Origin: Alloascoidea hylecoeti | Taxonomy: Eukaryota | Assembly (NCBI GenBank): GCA_001600815.1 | Contig: BCKZ01000004.1 | Span: forward strand, 124,001-188,000 | Length of the DNA stretch: 64,000 nucleotides | Reading direction: 5' to 3' | Part shown: piece by piece, positions 45,545-59,568 of the stretch | Numbering within the stretch: the first letter of the stretch is position 1 | How the letters are laid out: each line of letters starts with the position of its first letter | Translations under genes and position numbers: made by a program | Notes under the pieces: model-generated | What the model was told of the DNA's origin: nothing | The model's input: the letters and a program-made list of their open reading frames with translations, nothing else | Database searches by the model: none

Positions 45545-47173
45545 CTAAAAATCGTCGTATTCAAACCCTCCTCCAACGTCATCATCACTATAGTCTAGTG
45601 CATCTTCTGAATCAGACCTTGAAGAAAAGCTTGAGACTGAATGTGCATCTTCCTCGAGATCTTCATCATTTTCTTCTTCTCTGGATGATAATCCCCCGGC
45701 TACTGCTGCTTCCGTTGCTCCTATCGAACCTGGAGACACTCCATCTCTAAATGTACCTTTATGCTCCTGGGTATACATAAACGCTTCATTTGCCTTACCC
45801 ACTGGTTGTATTCCCTCTTGCGGCCTGTTATCAACCTTACAAACAATAGCATGACTATTGATATCAATATAAGGTCTTGCGCTCTTAACACCACGACCAC
45901 ATCTTAAACATGTCCATCCATCTTCATCATCTTTAGAATCCTCAAGCTTAGCAGCGATTGAAACATAACTATAAATATGTCCACAATCAGTAATATATGG
46001 ATTTGTGACATCTGTATTAGCAAAACTTGAAGAATGCCCTCCTTGCTCTGATCTCCCAGCGCTAGCTAATTCAGCAGCTTCATAAGCAATAGCACAAGTT
46101 TTCAATGGTAAGTAAGAAAATGGACCTTTATTTGCTTCTTGATTATTCTGTAATACATCCATTGGTTTAATTAATTGCATACCTTTTTTAAAATTTTTAA
46201 CTATTCTCTTTTGTAATTTACCAATATTTAAAATTGGTAATATAAAAACTAAAAATTCTGTAAATGTATTCCAAACCAATTGTCTATTTTGAAATTCAAA
46301 ATTAATATTCATATTTCTTGTTGTTTGTGAATTAATGGTACTTGGTACAATTCTAATATGTAATAAACGTAATAATAAAGTTGAATATTTTCCTGTATAT
46401 AAAAATATAACAAAATTAAATAATGATGAAAGTGTATAAATTTTAGTTGCAATTTTAGAGAATGCTTTTAAAATTGGAATTAATTTTTTAATTATTTTAT
46501 TTTTAACTGTATTTTCTTCGTAATCGGATTCATCAAATGAATCTATTAAATTATCAAGTTTATTGAAAGCATATTCACCACCAATTACCCAAAATCCATA
46601 CAAAAGTTTTTGTAATTTTGTTATTGGGGAATACATATCTGGATTGTGATTTATATCTGTTGAAAGTATTTGAAGATTTTTTTTAACATCATTGATACCT
46701 TTTGAACTTGTACTTGCACTTGATTGACTTCCGTTCACAAGTTTTAGATTCTGTAGCTTTAAACCATATGTTGCTGAATGGTCCCATACGGTGAATTTAA
46801 ATAAGATGAGTTTCAGTAAGATTTGAAGTTCTTCAGAATATGAAGATTTAAACTCAGGCTATATTCCTTGTTAGAGATTAACTGAAGGGAGAATATTAAA
46901 AAACATTTATATACACACCTTGAAACTAGTAAAAGCATCGTACAGTTTATCTCTCAGCAAAGTTGTAAGTTCACCATCTAATAAAGAAGCATCTAGTTGA
47001 CCTACTCTTGGAAATGGATTTGGGTTTACTAATTGTGAGAAAAAGTCTTTATTTAATGCGGTTTGAATATCAAGTCCTGACTTTGAGGGTCCAGCACTTG
47101 AGGAAGTAAGACCCCGTTCTAAATGATGTGGAGGAGGACCTGGTGGAGGGCTGCTTCTTGGAAATCCAGACAT
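45545..47173 (-). CDS. PEX2: Peroxin Pex2; two exons (47173-46919, 46858-45545)
   Basis: RVGQLDASLLDGEL in exon 1. 60-nt intron GTGTGT...CTCTAAC...TATAG, phase 0. Then KFTVWDHSATYGLKLQNL, NFEFQNRQLVWNTFTEFL and a degenerate RING. Confidence 0.93.
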
Positions 47174-47510
47174 TGCTTGGTAGTTTGTGTCTTGACAAGC
47201 TTAATTGTAAGCCTAATAAAAAGGCGGCTGGTTGAAGTCAATACACGTGATGTCTCTTTTATTTTCATATTTCATATTTTAACATTTAATTTCATATATT
47301 ATCATATTTCATTCTATTTGTATCACCTATTAAATTATTTATATCATATTATCGGTGATAGTGTTTTAAAAAACGAAAGCCACGAAAAACGCGAAAAGAC
47401 AAAAATACGCGTCGAAAATTTCAATCTCTAAAAAAATTGTGTCGCGTTCTAAATCTTGCGTTCTAAATCTTTAGTAACACATATTATATTCATAATTTTT
47501 TTCAACAATA

Positions 47511-48264
47511 ATGTCTACTATAATACTTGATCTCTCTACTAAAAGCTCATCTGCTACGAGTTCCAAATCAAATTATACATGTCATGTTCTACCATGTCGA
47601 ATACGATATACTGGTCCTGCAAATGTGAAGAGATATTTTGAAGTAGAATATGAAAATATATCATCGGAAAATGAAAATGGAAATTTACAGGAATCAAACA
47701 GCTCAATCACACATGATTCTTCGATTGAAAACTCAACTAATAATAATAATAATATAAATCTTGGATTTAAACAAACCCCGATACCAAAAACATATTTCAG
47801 GGGAAGACTATTAAGAGGTAAAGAGGCTAATATGGAAAATCATAAAGGTATGTTTATAATAGCTAGCTATTATTTATATTATGTATATTTTGATGTTTTA
47901 TGATTGTGGCGTTTTAGTTTTTAACGCCCTTATTATATCCGTATTATATTAACTGTAATATTCTTTCAATTGATGCTTAGGATATGTTTTTAACCCAACA
48001 GGCACACAATCATTAACGGCGGAGTGGTTGTTAAATCCAGGTGATGTCGACAACGCAATAAATCACAATAAATCATCGCTCTCCGAAGCGAACGGCAGTG
48101 ATAATGAGACAGAACTACAGGCCCAAATTTGGGAACCTACTTCGTCATTCAATAATATGGTAGTATGGGGACATGAGGAGGTTCCTGATTCCCATGATCC
48201 TTGGATTGCTGGAACAGAAGAGTGGACAAGTTTGGCTAGCATAATACATAGCCCTATGGAATAA
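47511..48264 (+). CDS. RNH203: RNase H2 subunit C; two exons (47511-47847, 47981-48264)
   Basis: HVLPCRIRYTGPANVKRYF and YFRGRLLRG in exon 1. Intron GTATGT...TATTAAC...TTAG joins in frame (G-YVF). Then FNNMVVWGHE..P..DPW...EWTSLASIIH. Confidence 0.88.
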
Positions 48265-51200
48265 ATACATATTTTCAGTCGATCTGTTGCCTATATTATA
48301 GAATTTACACTGATTATTGATGTATAAGAATCATGAGATGACAATACCTCGGCGTCTTTCCTGTTGTCACAATACCTATTACAAATATTAATGGTGTGCT
48401 CTCATTGTTCAGCTAGCATATTGTCAGCTGTCAAAACATGTTATATATTACCATTTTTACATGGTATATTTCTATAGCTAATAGCTATTTAAATTTTCAT
48501 GCATCCTATTCAAGTTGCAATAGCTATTATTAAAATGTTGTAAGCTTTATAGCAGTGTATACTAACATAATTAGTGTAATCAAGTGATATTCGCTAAAAA
48601 GGTGGGAAGTTGTAGCATAATCGTGTTATATAATTGGTGCCAAGTTGCCAATATATTTTATGCCTCTTCAAACTTTTTGCCAACTGTGAATATTATTAAA
48701 ACATACCATTTCTTTCGATATAAGTTATGTAATGCTCAACAAAGTTATTGAACGGATCATAATTTTCATGCAGATCTTCTTTTAATGAAGAATCATGAAT
48801 CATAATTTTCAGCTATAAATTTGTTAATTTTGAGGAAGATCAACTGATTAGGATATCTTGGGATTACTTTGAACTTCTTTTGGAAATACAAACGAACACA
48901 ATATATAGACACGTTCACTTATAAGCTTATATCGTACAAAATCAAAATCAAAATTGTTTTTTAAAGTATTATATACAGCACTTAATTAACTTATACATTA
49001 TAATTTATAACCAAGGCACTACTTATAGATATAAATTGCTTATAACGGTTATTTAATAATATTGTGATGAAATTCATCCATATTTAATGTTAATTGGTCA
49101 TGGTTCTTAATGTGTACCACGGTCACTAATACTCACTATAGTACTACTAAATAGTAAATACCACTAATATAAATATGGCTATAATTGAGACCATAACTAT
49201 ATATCCACATTGGTGTATAATTAATGCTGAAACTAATGATAAAATAATAGCATTTGTATATATACAACAATAGATACATATTATAAGTTAATTATAATTG
49301 AATTATCTTAAAGCTCCAGACCCTATAATTAATATTGCAAAAGTTTTGCAACCTAAAACATTGTCTAGAACTTTTATATAACTCTATATCAGGAAATATA
49401 TAAAACAAATTTAGTCATATGAAACTTAATATTGATAATACCTGTGGTTCTGAGAAATATTAATAGCGCTTAGCGCTCTAACCACGTTCATATATTGTAA
49501 ATAATTAATTATAAGTTGGGTATAAGGTTTTCAATATTAAGCATAAAGATTTATAAGTGCTTTACGTTTTCATAATAGTCAAGTGTCGTAAATTCACCTA
49601 TATATAAACGATGTTTCTATTCCTACAAAGGTTAGAGTATAAAAATTATAATCATCTATATGCTATGAGTTAGATCAAAAATTACAACGGCCGATTGGTA
49701 TAAAATATATAGCTTGATATTGATAACATTAATGATTATTGCACATGGAAAATTATTAATTTCTTTGTTCTCTTTCTTTTTGCATGAATTCAATATAAGA
49801 AATTTATTTTTTATTTAAAGAGTTAAAGTTTGACGATTTTAATATAATTATTTTATGATACTATAGCACTATGGTGTAGTATGGTCTGACTCTGCGCTGA
49901 ACACAAATGAAAATGGACCACTTTGAACACAAAACAAACGCTTAAATTGGCTCATTATAATACGAAATAGCATTTCACATGCAATTGGATGTAAATCCAA
50001 GGCTAATTATTAGCAATTGTACTCCAGCAAAATACTTTTTACAAAATTAAAAGAAACATAGGTAAATTATCAATTGAGTCCCAGTTGTAAATAATAATCA
50101 TACAGCTGCAAGAAATTCAACTTATTATTTTATTATTCAAGTACGTGTATTCATAACTAGCTATATAAGTTGAAGATCACCATTAATATTGTTGTAAATA
50201 TCAATAGTCTTCTTTTACCTTAAAAATAGTGTAAGTATAAGTGAGCTGCATAATTTCTACACAGGAAATACCTTTATTAAGTTCTATAGCTTGAGCGGTT
50301 AAATTTAACGATATGCAACTACAAAAGTCGACTACTATATGTGGGTATATTGATCTATTATGGTACCTTTTACCATTTTATTTAAGTTAATGTTCAAAAT
50401 TTCCAATATGATGACTTTTTGAAAGGCTGAACTTGTTTTATAACTAATTTATCAGTTTCCTATACGGTCCAAAAACTTCCAGAAATAGAATCCCTTCAAA
50501 AGATATATGTATACCTTTATAGCTGATATATCAACTTTTTTGTAAAATCATCCCTTTTGATTATGTTGTAATTAAGTGATTTTGCAGTATAATAATCGCT
50601 TATCTCTTGAATCAAAGCTATTCATTACAATATTAAACATCCTAAATTGGTATCCTCCTGCAAGCTGCATCTGCAGTAATAAATTAATTTACCCATAAAA
50701 GAATATATACATGCCTCATACATCATATAACATTGCTTATTATTATTTATTAGAAGGCTCTAGAAAGCGAGAACTGAGAGTTTATATTCCATTAATATTG
50801 ATTGTTGGGGAAATCTAATTGTTCAGATAGTACAGGACCACGGGTGTTTGGCTCTTTTAAATTTATTGTCTTCAGTGTTTCCAAGAAATTATATTCTTTG
50901 GCTTAATAATAATTACCAGATTGTTATTTTCTAGATCCTTCCGATCATCTTCCTGATGTCCAATTGATTATATATTAACATCGTGCTGAGTCTAAACTAG
51001 CTACAAAGTACTACAATAACCATGACATATGCCCGTTATATAATACAAAGAACTACAGAATTTTACATACAGCTTTAAATATATCGGTGAAAAATCAGAG
51101 TTTAAACTTTGAATACTTACAATTATTTTCATTTTACGGAGTATTACATCGGGACTGAAAATATTATATTTTAATTGTTGTAATGCATTTGTACATCTAA

Positions 51201-52740
51201 TATATGAAAAACTAACAGGATAAAAATCCCGCCATACAGTAGAATACTTTATAATTAGCTACTTACTCTACAGCTAGCTATATTTATATGGATCTAATAA
51301 TGAAATAATTATACCGTCCAGATGTATAGCTATATATTGCTATATTTATCATGATAATGGCATATATATAGGCTATATAACTCTCATAGACTTCTTGTCT
51401 TGTGAGGGTGATTTACATAATAATAATCGACGATAATGTGAGTTTCTATATATAATTTAGGGTATACCATACCCAAGAGTCATCCGATGATTTGGTAGTT
51501 AATATAAATTCCAATTTGGGTGCGTGATATCGCGCATTGATGGGGTAAAATGGGGTTATATCAAGATCCATACAAATTTGGTTTAGCGGGTATAGTATAC
51601 TTATAGTTAATATTAATATTATTCATCGCTGTTTGATATCACCACAACTTTTACTGTTAGATAGGCCACAATTTCTATTGAAATCTTGTTATATGAAATT
51701 TAGAGTGACTCACGTTACATAGATATATCCAACAAATTCAAACAACTATATTAGCATATACACATATACACCGATAGTTGAATTTGCAACTACAGCGCTG
51801 TCATATCCTGTGACGAATCTGACAATAAAAAAAGGTTTAAATGTGGAGTATGATTCTGATATGAGTTACTGATCCTATGGGTGCATATAGAGTTAGGTTT
51901 ATAGCTATTAATAAAACTGATGGCTACGGATATATTTATAGCGTAGCTATAGTCTTTGGTTCACTTACAAGTTGTAATTATTCTGATTACATTATCGATT
52001 CTAAGTTAAAATTTTAACCACTATACTATAAATTGGTGGTAATAGCACCACTTTTGTTGTATAAGATTGTATTGAATGTTTGGGAAATAACGCAAGTCTG
52101 GCATTGATATAATATTACCCAAAATATCTAAAAATAAAATAATAGCTTTCACTATATAATTATATCTGATCTACATATACTGTTATGTTTTATGTAAATA
52201 TCTTATCATCGAGCTGGGGCTAAAGTTATATGTCTTGCACATCCTTTAATTTTGCAATTGAAATGTTATTTCTAAGTTTAAGCTTAAATCCGTCATATGC
52301 ATATAAAGTCAATTCGAGTATGCTTTATTAAAATTATTATTATTAGTTTTATTATTTATTATTATTCTATTAAGCTTGGGCAATCAATCCCGGTGATGGA
52401 ACTTTAGTGGGATTATTTTGAATGGTTGAATCCTAGAAAAACAGTTTTTTCCTCTTTAGAGGTTATTCCTAGGTTATTAATGCACCGTATTTTCTATTGC
52501 TAATTATAGTAATATATAAAGCTTTATATTATATATAGATTTTAATTAAAAAGACTTGTATGGTAAAATTCCAAAAAGTTCGGGGTGAGATGTAAACTTC
52601 TACTTTTACCTCCATATGCATATATTCTACATCTTTAATATTATACGATAAAATGTAAGGATAAACCCCATGATAAATGTGATTTTTAGTTAATTTAAAC
52701 TTATCATGATATGCTAATTAATAATTAAATACATGTATCT

Positions 52741-55700
52741 TCAATCTTCCATCATCATATCAGACGGTTTCATCAATCCTGCAATCTTTTTTGCTCTTTC
52801 TATTCTCGACTCCTTTTCTCTTGCAAGTTCCTGTTCATGTTCTTCAGCAAACAAATAATCTGTTGGATCACCACCATATTCTCTAATTTGAACTAAAAAG
52901 TCACGTAATGTACTTTTAAACTTTGTACTACTTTGATGATAAGAAAATAATGCTTGAATGAAGTTTTCAACTTGTTGTTGTTGTAATTGATCAAAAGCTG
53001 ATAATAACATATTTCCAAGACTTTGTTTAACAAAGTCAGAATTTGTATAATTCTGTGCTCCATTTTGATCTTGTTGTGAATATAAAGGTATTTTAATTCT
53101 ATTTAATTGTACTAATTGAATTAATTTTTGTAATAATAATGATTGTAGCCTAAATTGTGCTTTATGATCCATTTCTGTTAAAACATAAAAAGTATCTTTT
53201 AAAATTGGGAAATAATAACTTTGATAAAATTGAGTAATAAATTGTTCTTCTTGTTGATTATGATTATTTGTATCAAGTCTATAAATATTTGCTAATAATT
53301 CAATTGATATACTTAAACCAATTGATTCAATTTCTGAATTATTATGTTTAAAAGCCCATAATATTGAATTAATAAATAAATCAAAAATTTCTGCTTTAAT
53401 TGTAATAAAAGTTGAAAAACATTTTAAATTTAATTGTTTTAATAATTTATAAAATTCAATTCTATGATCAGGATATTCAATAAAATCCTTGTTAATCATA
53501 TCCAAAGTACATTCAAATACGTTATCAATAATCATTATTGTTGCTTCATTTGGCAACCAAGGTCCTAATTTTTCAATTATAACTCTCATACATTTTAAAA
53601 CTTCCGAATTTCTAAAAAATTCTGATGTTTGATTATATTCAGGTAAGACCGTGTTAAATATAAATGGTAAAAGATCTTTAATCAATTCTTTTTCACTATC
53701 TTTACTTCCATCGCTTGTTTTATTAATATAAATGATAAATATTTGTAAAATTTCTTTCTTAAGTGATCTTAAACCTCTAATAAAGGGAGTTTTTGATAAA
53801 ACCATTGGATCATTTGTATTATGAGTATTATTTGTAACGAAATCTACAATCATTGATGATGAGGTAATATAAACAGATAAAGAATCTCTAAATATAGAAT
53901 TTGAAGTTAAAATTGTATAGAAAATAGGTTCTGATATTGAAGAACATAATGAACCAAAAGTTTTTAAAACATTAATTAAAATTTTAAGAGGTTCAGGATT
54001 TTGTAATAATTGATTTGGATTTTGCTCAATTCCAGTACATAAAGCTCTCCAAGCAGTTAATGGTAATCTTAAGGCATCATTTAATAATGGTATTTGTTCA
54101 GTTTTTGAATTACTTGCTGAAATTATCATTCCAACTGCTTTATAAAAAAGTTGAGTTTGTTGTGGTGATAAATCACTTGTTATAGTAGGGATTGATTTTA
54201 TAATTTCAACAATAAAGGTTTCATATTCATTAGGTTGTAATATAACAAATAAATTTTTACATGATTGACAAATTGTAATAAATGTATCACAAGCCATATC
54301 TTGAACACCTTCATGAGTTTCATGCATAAATTCAAAAAGCTTATTAACAACAGTTTTTAAAAATTGCCAATTTGCTTTCAAAAATCGAGGATATTGGCTT
54401 ATAATATACATTATATTTGAAGCACAAACTGCTTTATTACTTGTACCTTTCTTTTTTTCAGTTAATGCTAATAAATCACGTAAAACTTGAACAACAAATG
54501 ATCTTTCCATTTGTTCACTCATTGTTCCAGAGATTGAACCAATTGCCCAACATAAAGTATTTATATTATGCCATGACCATTCAGAACCATCCATTTGTTT
54601 AGAAAGTTTATTGAGCATAATTTTTTCAGTGTCAGCAACATCTAGATGGGTTAAGTAAACAAGAATTTCTCTCATTGTTGAATAAAGTAAAAGATTATCT
54701 GTTTCTTGAACGAATTCACGAACAATTTCTCCTTCATCATTTTCAACAATTAAAACTTCCTCAGGTTTGGCCATTTTACTAATAATAACACCACGAACTT
54801 GAGATAAATGCATACTATATATGTGTTTACGTAATGGAAATCGATCAAGAATACCTGGACTTATAGCTTCACCGTTGTTATAAAGAATTGGAATTGAGCT
54901 AGAGTTAGAATTTGAGTTCATATAATCCTGGCCACTTAGCATTGGAGTTGTTTCATCGGTCGATATTGATAACTGTTGAATTTGTTCAGATAAACCTCTT
55001 AATAATTTGGTCCAATAATCTAAACAAATTTTAAAAATTTCTTTATCATCAATTTTTGATAATTCAATAAGAGCAGTATGAGCGGGAAATAAACTTGATT
55101 CTCTTAAATTTGGTTGTTGATTTTCGATAACCAATAAATGTTTTGAGAGAAAAGTACATAAAAATATTGTAAAATCTTGTATATATTCTTTTTCTGAAGT
55201 TGAAGATTTTTCAAACATAGTTTTTAATCCATCATTACTATAGGAGTTAAATAATTGACGATTATATTGAACTATATTTGTGAAGTAATCAGTAATTTGT
55301 TGATTATAAGCAGGAGCATTATTATTAATATCATCCCTTGATGATATTTCAGTTAAACATTTTAAAGCTAATGATTTGATTTCAATGTCATTTATATTTA
55401 AATCTGAAGTTGAATTTACATCTGCAGCCGATAATAAATTTGATGATAAAATTAATAACAGATCTGATTTAAATATATAATCGATTGGTATCCAATTAAC
55501 ATAACATAATAAACATTTCAAAGTAACTAAAGTTAATTTTTTATTATTAATTGTACTTGATTTTAATAAAATTTCATAACATAGATTAAAAATTTGTAAA
55601 AAATCATTTGATAATTTCAATTTCATATTTGAAGCTTTCGCAAAAGTCATTTGATTTTCTGAAAATTCAAAAATTTCTTCACTTAATAATTTTAAAATTA

Positions 55701-56358
55701 TCATATTATTTTCACAAACTGAGATATTATAATGAGAAGAAGATATTAAATCTGGAATGAAATCTGGCCAATTTGTTGGCCATTCTTGTTTGATGATTTG
55801 CACTAAAGTTAAGTCACATTTGTTAACAAAGGATGATTGATTTGTTAAAACTTCTTCATCTTCTTCACATAGAGCAATGATCATATTGACGATAAAATTT
55901 CGAATGCCTTCAGCTTGCTCTTTTGGTAATGCTTTCCATTTTGTTTTGATTAACTTGTCTAAAATTGATAGAGCGAGAACTTAACGATTTAATATTAATT
56001 AGTACTGATCCCCTAAAGAATTATACTTGATGATGTCTTACATTTTGTTTGTGTGTTTGTTGAATATTGTAGGATCTGATCTGCTCTTACCCAAGCATCA
56101 GGGTGATTTTGAAACTAGCAGTCCGTTAAAACCCAAATAGTCTGATCCCAAAAAAGACAAATAAGATTACTTACGTTTGTTATAACATCCTGGGCACGTT
56201 TTTGCTATAGATAAAGGATTATGTCAATATGAAGATAATAAAAGTTGAAGTACAAAACCAGTGCTTACATCATCACCGGATGAGTTATAAAACGTGTCAA
56301 CAACACGGTCGAGTAAGGCCACATCCAACTCCTTGCTAAAGTCTAGAATGCCGTCCAT
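52741..56358 (-). CDS. CRM1: Exportin-1; four exons (56358-56269, 56204-56175, 56114-56042, 55979-52741)
   Basis: Spliced N-terminus [24 protein letters not shown]..|[36 protein letters not shown]. Introns 56268-56205, 56174-56115 and 56041-55980 begin GTAAG and end AG. Conserved [18 protein letters not shown] and [17 protein letters not shown]. Confidence 0.93.
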
Positions 56359-56887
56359 AGCAAAACGAAATTGAGCCTTGTAAATGAATAAATTATAGTC
56401 GGTTGTAGAAGTCAAAGTGGCTGAAAAGTTTAAAACTTAATTATCGTGTTTCTGATCTTGAAAAGTCTAATGCAAAAACCGAAAGCGGGATATCTGGGGC
56501 CGGCCTGATATGTACACACACTGGATCACGTTCCTCCACACCATAAATGGTACATCTCGTATATTTACGTGAGATGCCATGCATATTGTAACAATAACGG
56601 ATAACAGTAATGGATAACAATGATAAATAGAATGAAAATAGCAAAAAAACTAATACACGTATATCCATGTATATAGTTATGAAACTTCTCAACCCCAAAT
56701 CCTCAAATATGCGTAAGGGCACATGATATATCTAGACCCGCAAAATCCGTCATGTCACAGAACCTAAATGATGAAAGGAAGGTGAAAGAAGTCGACACTC
56801 TGAGGCCATAGTACTCCTATATAAGACCCAATTCCTCTTCGATTTCTGTAAGCGATTAATCCCAATTATACAAAACTACTATCCACA

Positions 56888-58000
56888 ATGTCTATTCCAT
56901 CTACTCAATTAGCTGCCATTACTGGTACCGACTCTCTTATCATCAAGGAAGTTCCAGTCCAAAAGCCAGGTGCTGATGAAGTTCTCATTAAGGTTGAAGC
57001 TGCTGCTGTCAACCCAACTGACTGGAAACATCTCCTCTATGGTCTTACTGGCCCAGGTGCTGTATCCGGTTGTGATTTGGCTGGTGAAATTGTTGAAGTT
57101 GGTTCTGCTGTTACCAACCTCGCTGTTGGTGATTTTGGTGTTGGCTTAATTCATGGTTCTAACAAAGTCGAGCCAAAGAACGGTGCTTTCACTTACTACG
57201 CCGTTGGTAAAGCCCACTTATTCTACAAGATCAACAAACTTGTTAAATCTGATTCTTCTGAAATTCCAAGAGGTGTCCCAACCACTTTTGAAGGTGCTTC
57301 ATCTTTGGGTGTTTCTTTAGTTACCATCGCTATCAGTTTATTCCTTACTTTCGGTGGTTCTTTCGGTTTGACCAAGACTAAACCAGAAGAAGCTGAAAAA
57401 GTTATCTTAATCTGGGGTGGTGCTTCATCAACCGGTCAAATTGCTATCCAATTTGCTAAAAACATTGGATGGAAGATCGTCACAACTGCTTCAAAGAAGA
57501 ACGAAGCTGAACTAAAGGCATTAGGTGCTGATGCCGTTTTTGACTACAATGACGCTGATGTTGTTGAAAAGATCAAAGCTTTCGGTGGTGAGAATATTGT
57601 CTACGCTTTAGATACAATCTCTCTTGAGACTACCATTGTCTCAGTCCATGCCGCTACCTCCACAACTAAACCAGTTATTATTGATAACTTATTAGGAATT
57701 ACAGGTGACAAGATTCCAGGCCTTAGATCAAACGTTACCGTTACTCAAACCGTTGGTTATCTTGCTACTGGAGTACCATTCAAATTTGGAGATAACGAAA
57801 TTGTTGTTCCAGGTATTGCTGAATTCGTTAAAGCCCAACAACCAGCTATCGTTGATGCTCTTAACAAAGGTTTAATTCAACATATCCCAATCAAGGTTCT
57901 CCCAGGTGGATTAAACGCTGTTAATGAAGCATTTACCTTGTCAAAAGAAAATAAGGTTTCTAACCAAAAGTTGGTTTTCAGACCATTTGAAACTAAATAA
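56888..58000 (+). CDS. Zinc-independent MDR oxidoreductase (enoyl-reductase-like, ToxD/YNL134C family)
   Basis: AVNPTDWKH, GCDLAGEIVEVG, ILIWGGASSTGQIAIQFAK, LGADAVFDYND. Strongly biased codons; TATATAA at ~56818. Confidence 0.9.
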   Translation: MSIPSTQLAAITGTDSLIIKEVPVQKPGADEVLIKVEAAAVNPTDWKHLLYGLTGPGAVSGCDLAGEIVEVGSAVTNLAVGDFGVGLIHGSNKVEPKNGAFTYYAVGKAHLFYKINKLVKSDSSEIPRGVPTTFEGASSLGVSLVTIAISLFLTFGGSFGLTKTKPEEAEKVILIWGGASSTGQIAIQFAKNIGWKIVTTASKKNEAELKALGADAVFDYNDADVVEKIKAFGGENIVYALDTISLETTIVSVHAATSTTKPVIIDNLLGITGDKIPGLRSNVTVTQTVGYLATGVPFKFGDNEIVVPGIAEFVKAQQPAIVDALNKGLIQHIPIKVLPGGLNAVNEAFTLSKENKVSNQKLVFRPFETK

Positions 58001-58329
58001 TTTTCATAGACATAGTCTAGATAAGATATATATTGATTTGCAGTAAGTAGAAATAAAATATGAGTTTTGGTATACCTCTATAGTAGTATGCATACGTGCA
58101 TTTCTACAGTACTAAGCTTACACAAGGTCTTGTGGGGATTCAATGGCATTCATCGAATCTTGCGATTAAAGTAATAGGGATTGATTCCCTGTCAGCCTAA
58201 GCATAAAAAACATAGTATGATTAGAAAATTCAAAATATGAATTGCGATCACAATGACATTGAACATCTTCAAAAGTTAGCGCTGGAGTTATGCACGATTC
58301 TTCTCTATGAGCACTAGACGTCAGTCGTA

Positions 58330-58945
58330 TAAAACCTAATTTCTTCCACACTGCCACTCCACCATGCCAAGAAAACCCCCAATTAAGAGCAGGAAAAGGA
58401 CAATCAATGTTTTAGATTACAATGAGCCATTGTCTACGCCCAGCTGAAGGTGAGATATTAGAGCATACTCGGGAAATTCCAAAACGTGGCTGTTGATAGA
58501 TCACTAAATATTTATGATTGTTGAAAAGCACACTATATCCAGACGCGAGTTAATGCAACTTATGCAGTTCCAAACGTCTATCAATAACAAATGAACAATA
58601 TGTGAACAATCAAGGGACCACAGCCTTTTTAGTTAGATATGAAAAGGGTGTTTGCAAACTACTTCATTTCCTCGATCCATGCCAAAGGATAAAATTAACA
58701 TGCAATGCTGGTTCAAATGACTGAAATAACCATGTGGCAAATATAAACGCAAGCCGCCCAACAACATTTACAATGCAAATGAGTATTCTGGGGGATGCTG
58801 AAAAGTCCAGCAAGGTGCTGGATCCAGTGGAATGTTTTTTAATTAATCCCTATTTGAGAGGAATTTGCCACTTGTGTTGAATATGTCAATGCCATGGGCA
58901 ATTCTGTTTGCCCTATGACTTCTTATAAATCAAGAAAACAAATCT
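58330..58945 (+). mobile_element. Degenerate pogo/Fot1-type transposase relic
   Basis: Broken frames read LRPAEGEILE, MQCWFK*LK*PCGKYKRKPPNNIYNANE (cf. WF..KYGI..DIYNxDETG) and EFATCVEYVNAMGNSVCPMTSYK (cf. EWVTVIECISAxG..LPPxxIFK). Boundaries approximate. Confidence 0.5.
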
Positions 58946-59568
58946 CAAACTTCGTATAACGTAGTCTAAAGATCCCACAGTTGAGAAGAGAAAATAGTGG
59001 TTCGTTATATCAATGTTCTGGAGAAATATCAGAGCTCTTTAAATAAAAATCATAATTAAGAAAAATTCCTGATGGTGTCTAATTACTGATATCGATTTTG
59101 AAATGATTCATCTTTTATTATTATCTATAAGTATTAATGGGAAAGCCAAATGGAAAAATATTTCTGTCCTAATTAAAGTAACTAACTATAGATAGGTCCG
59201 ATAAATTTTATTTGAATTAATAGCTTAAGGGACTCCATAACTTTTGAAACAAATAACCTCTACAAATATGTGTAAGCAATAAAGATGTGCCTTTTTTTTC
59301 TATCTTTTGGATACCACTCCAAAATAAAAATGGCATTTTATAACCACCCATCAAATACTCTACGAGGTTTTAAACTATTCTTAAAATAGTGCATAGTGCT
59401 CTTTAAATTCTAGGTATTATATTAATCTATATAAAATAAGATTTCAAAACTAGTATTCAGTGCTGTCCCCTTAACGTTATAGATGGCTCTCACCCTACTC
59501 ACAATTAGTTATATCTTCTATACAAGTTAAAATATGCACATGATGTAAATGAGTTAAGACGAACTTTT

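Noticed and set aside
49127..49141. TAATACTCACTATAG resembling a T7 promoter
   Set aside because: It is an incomplete match to TAATACGACTCACTATAG with no vector context, so chance in AT-rich DNA is likely.
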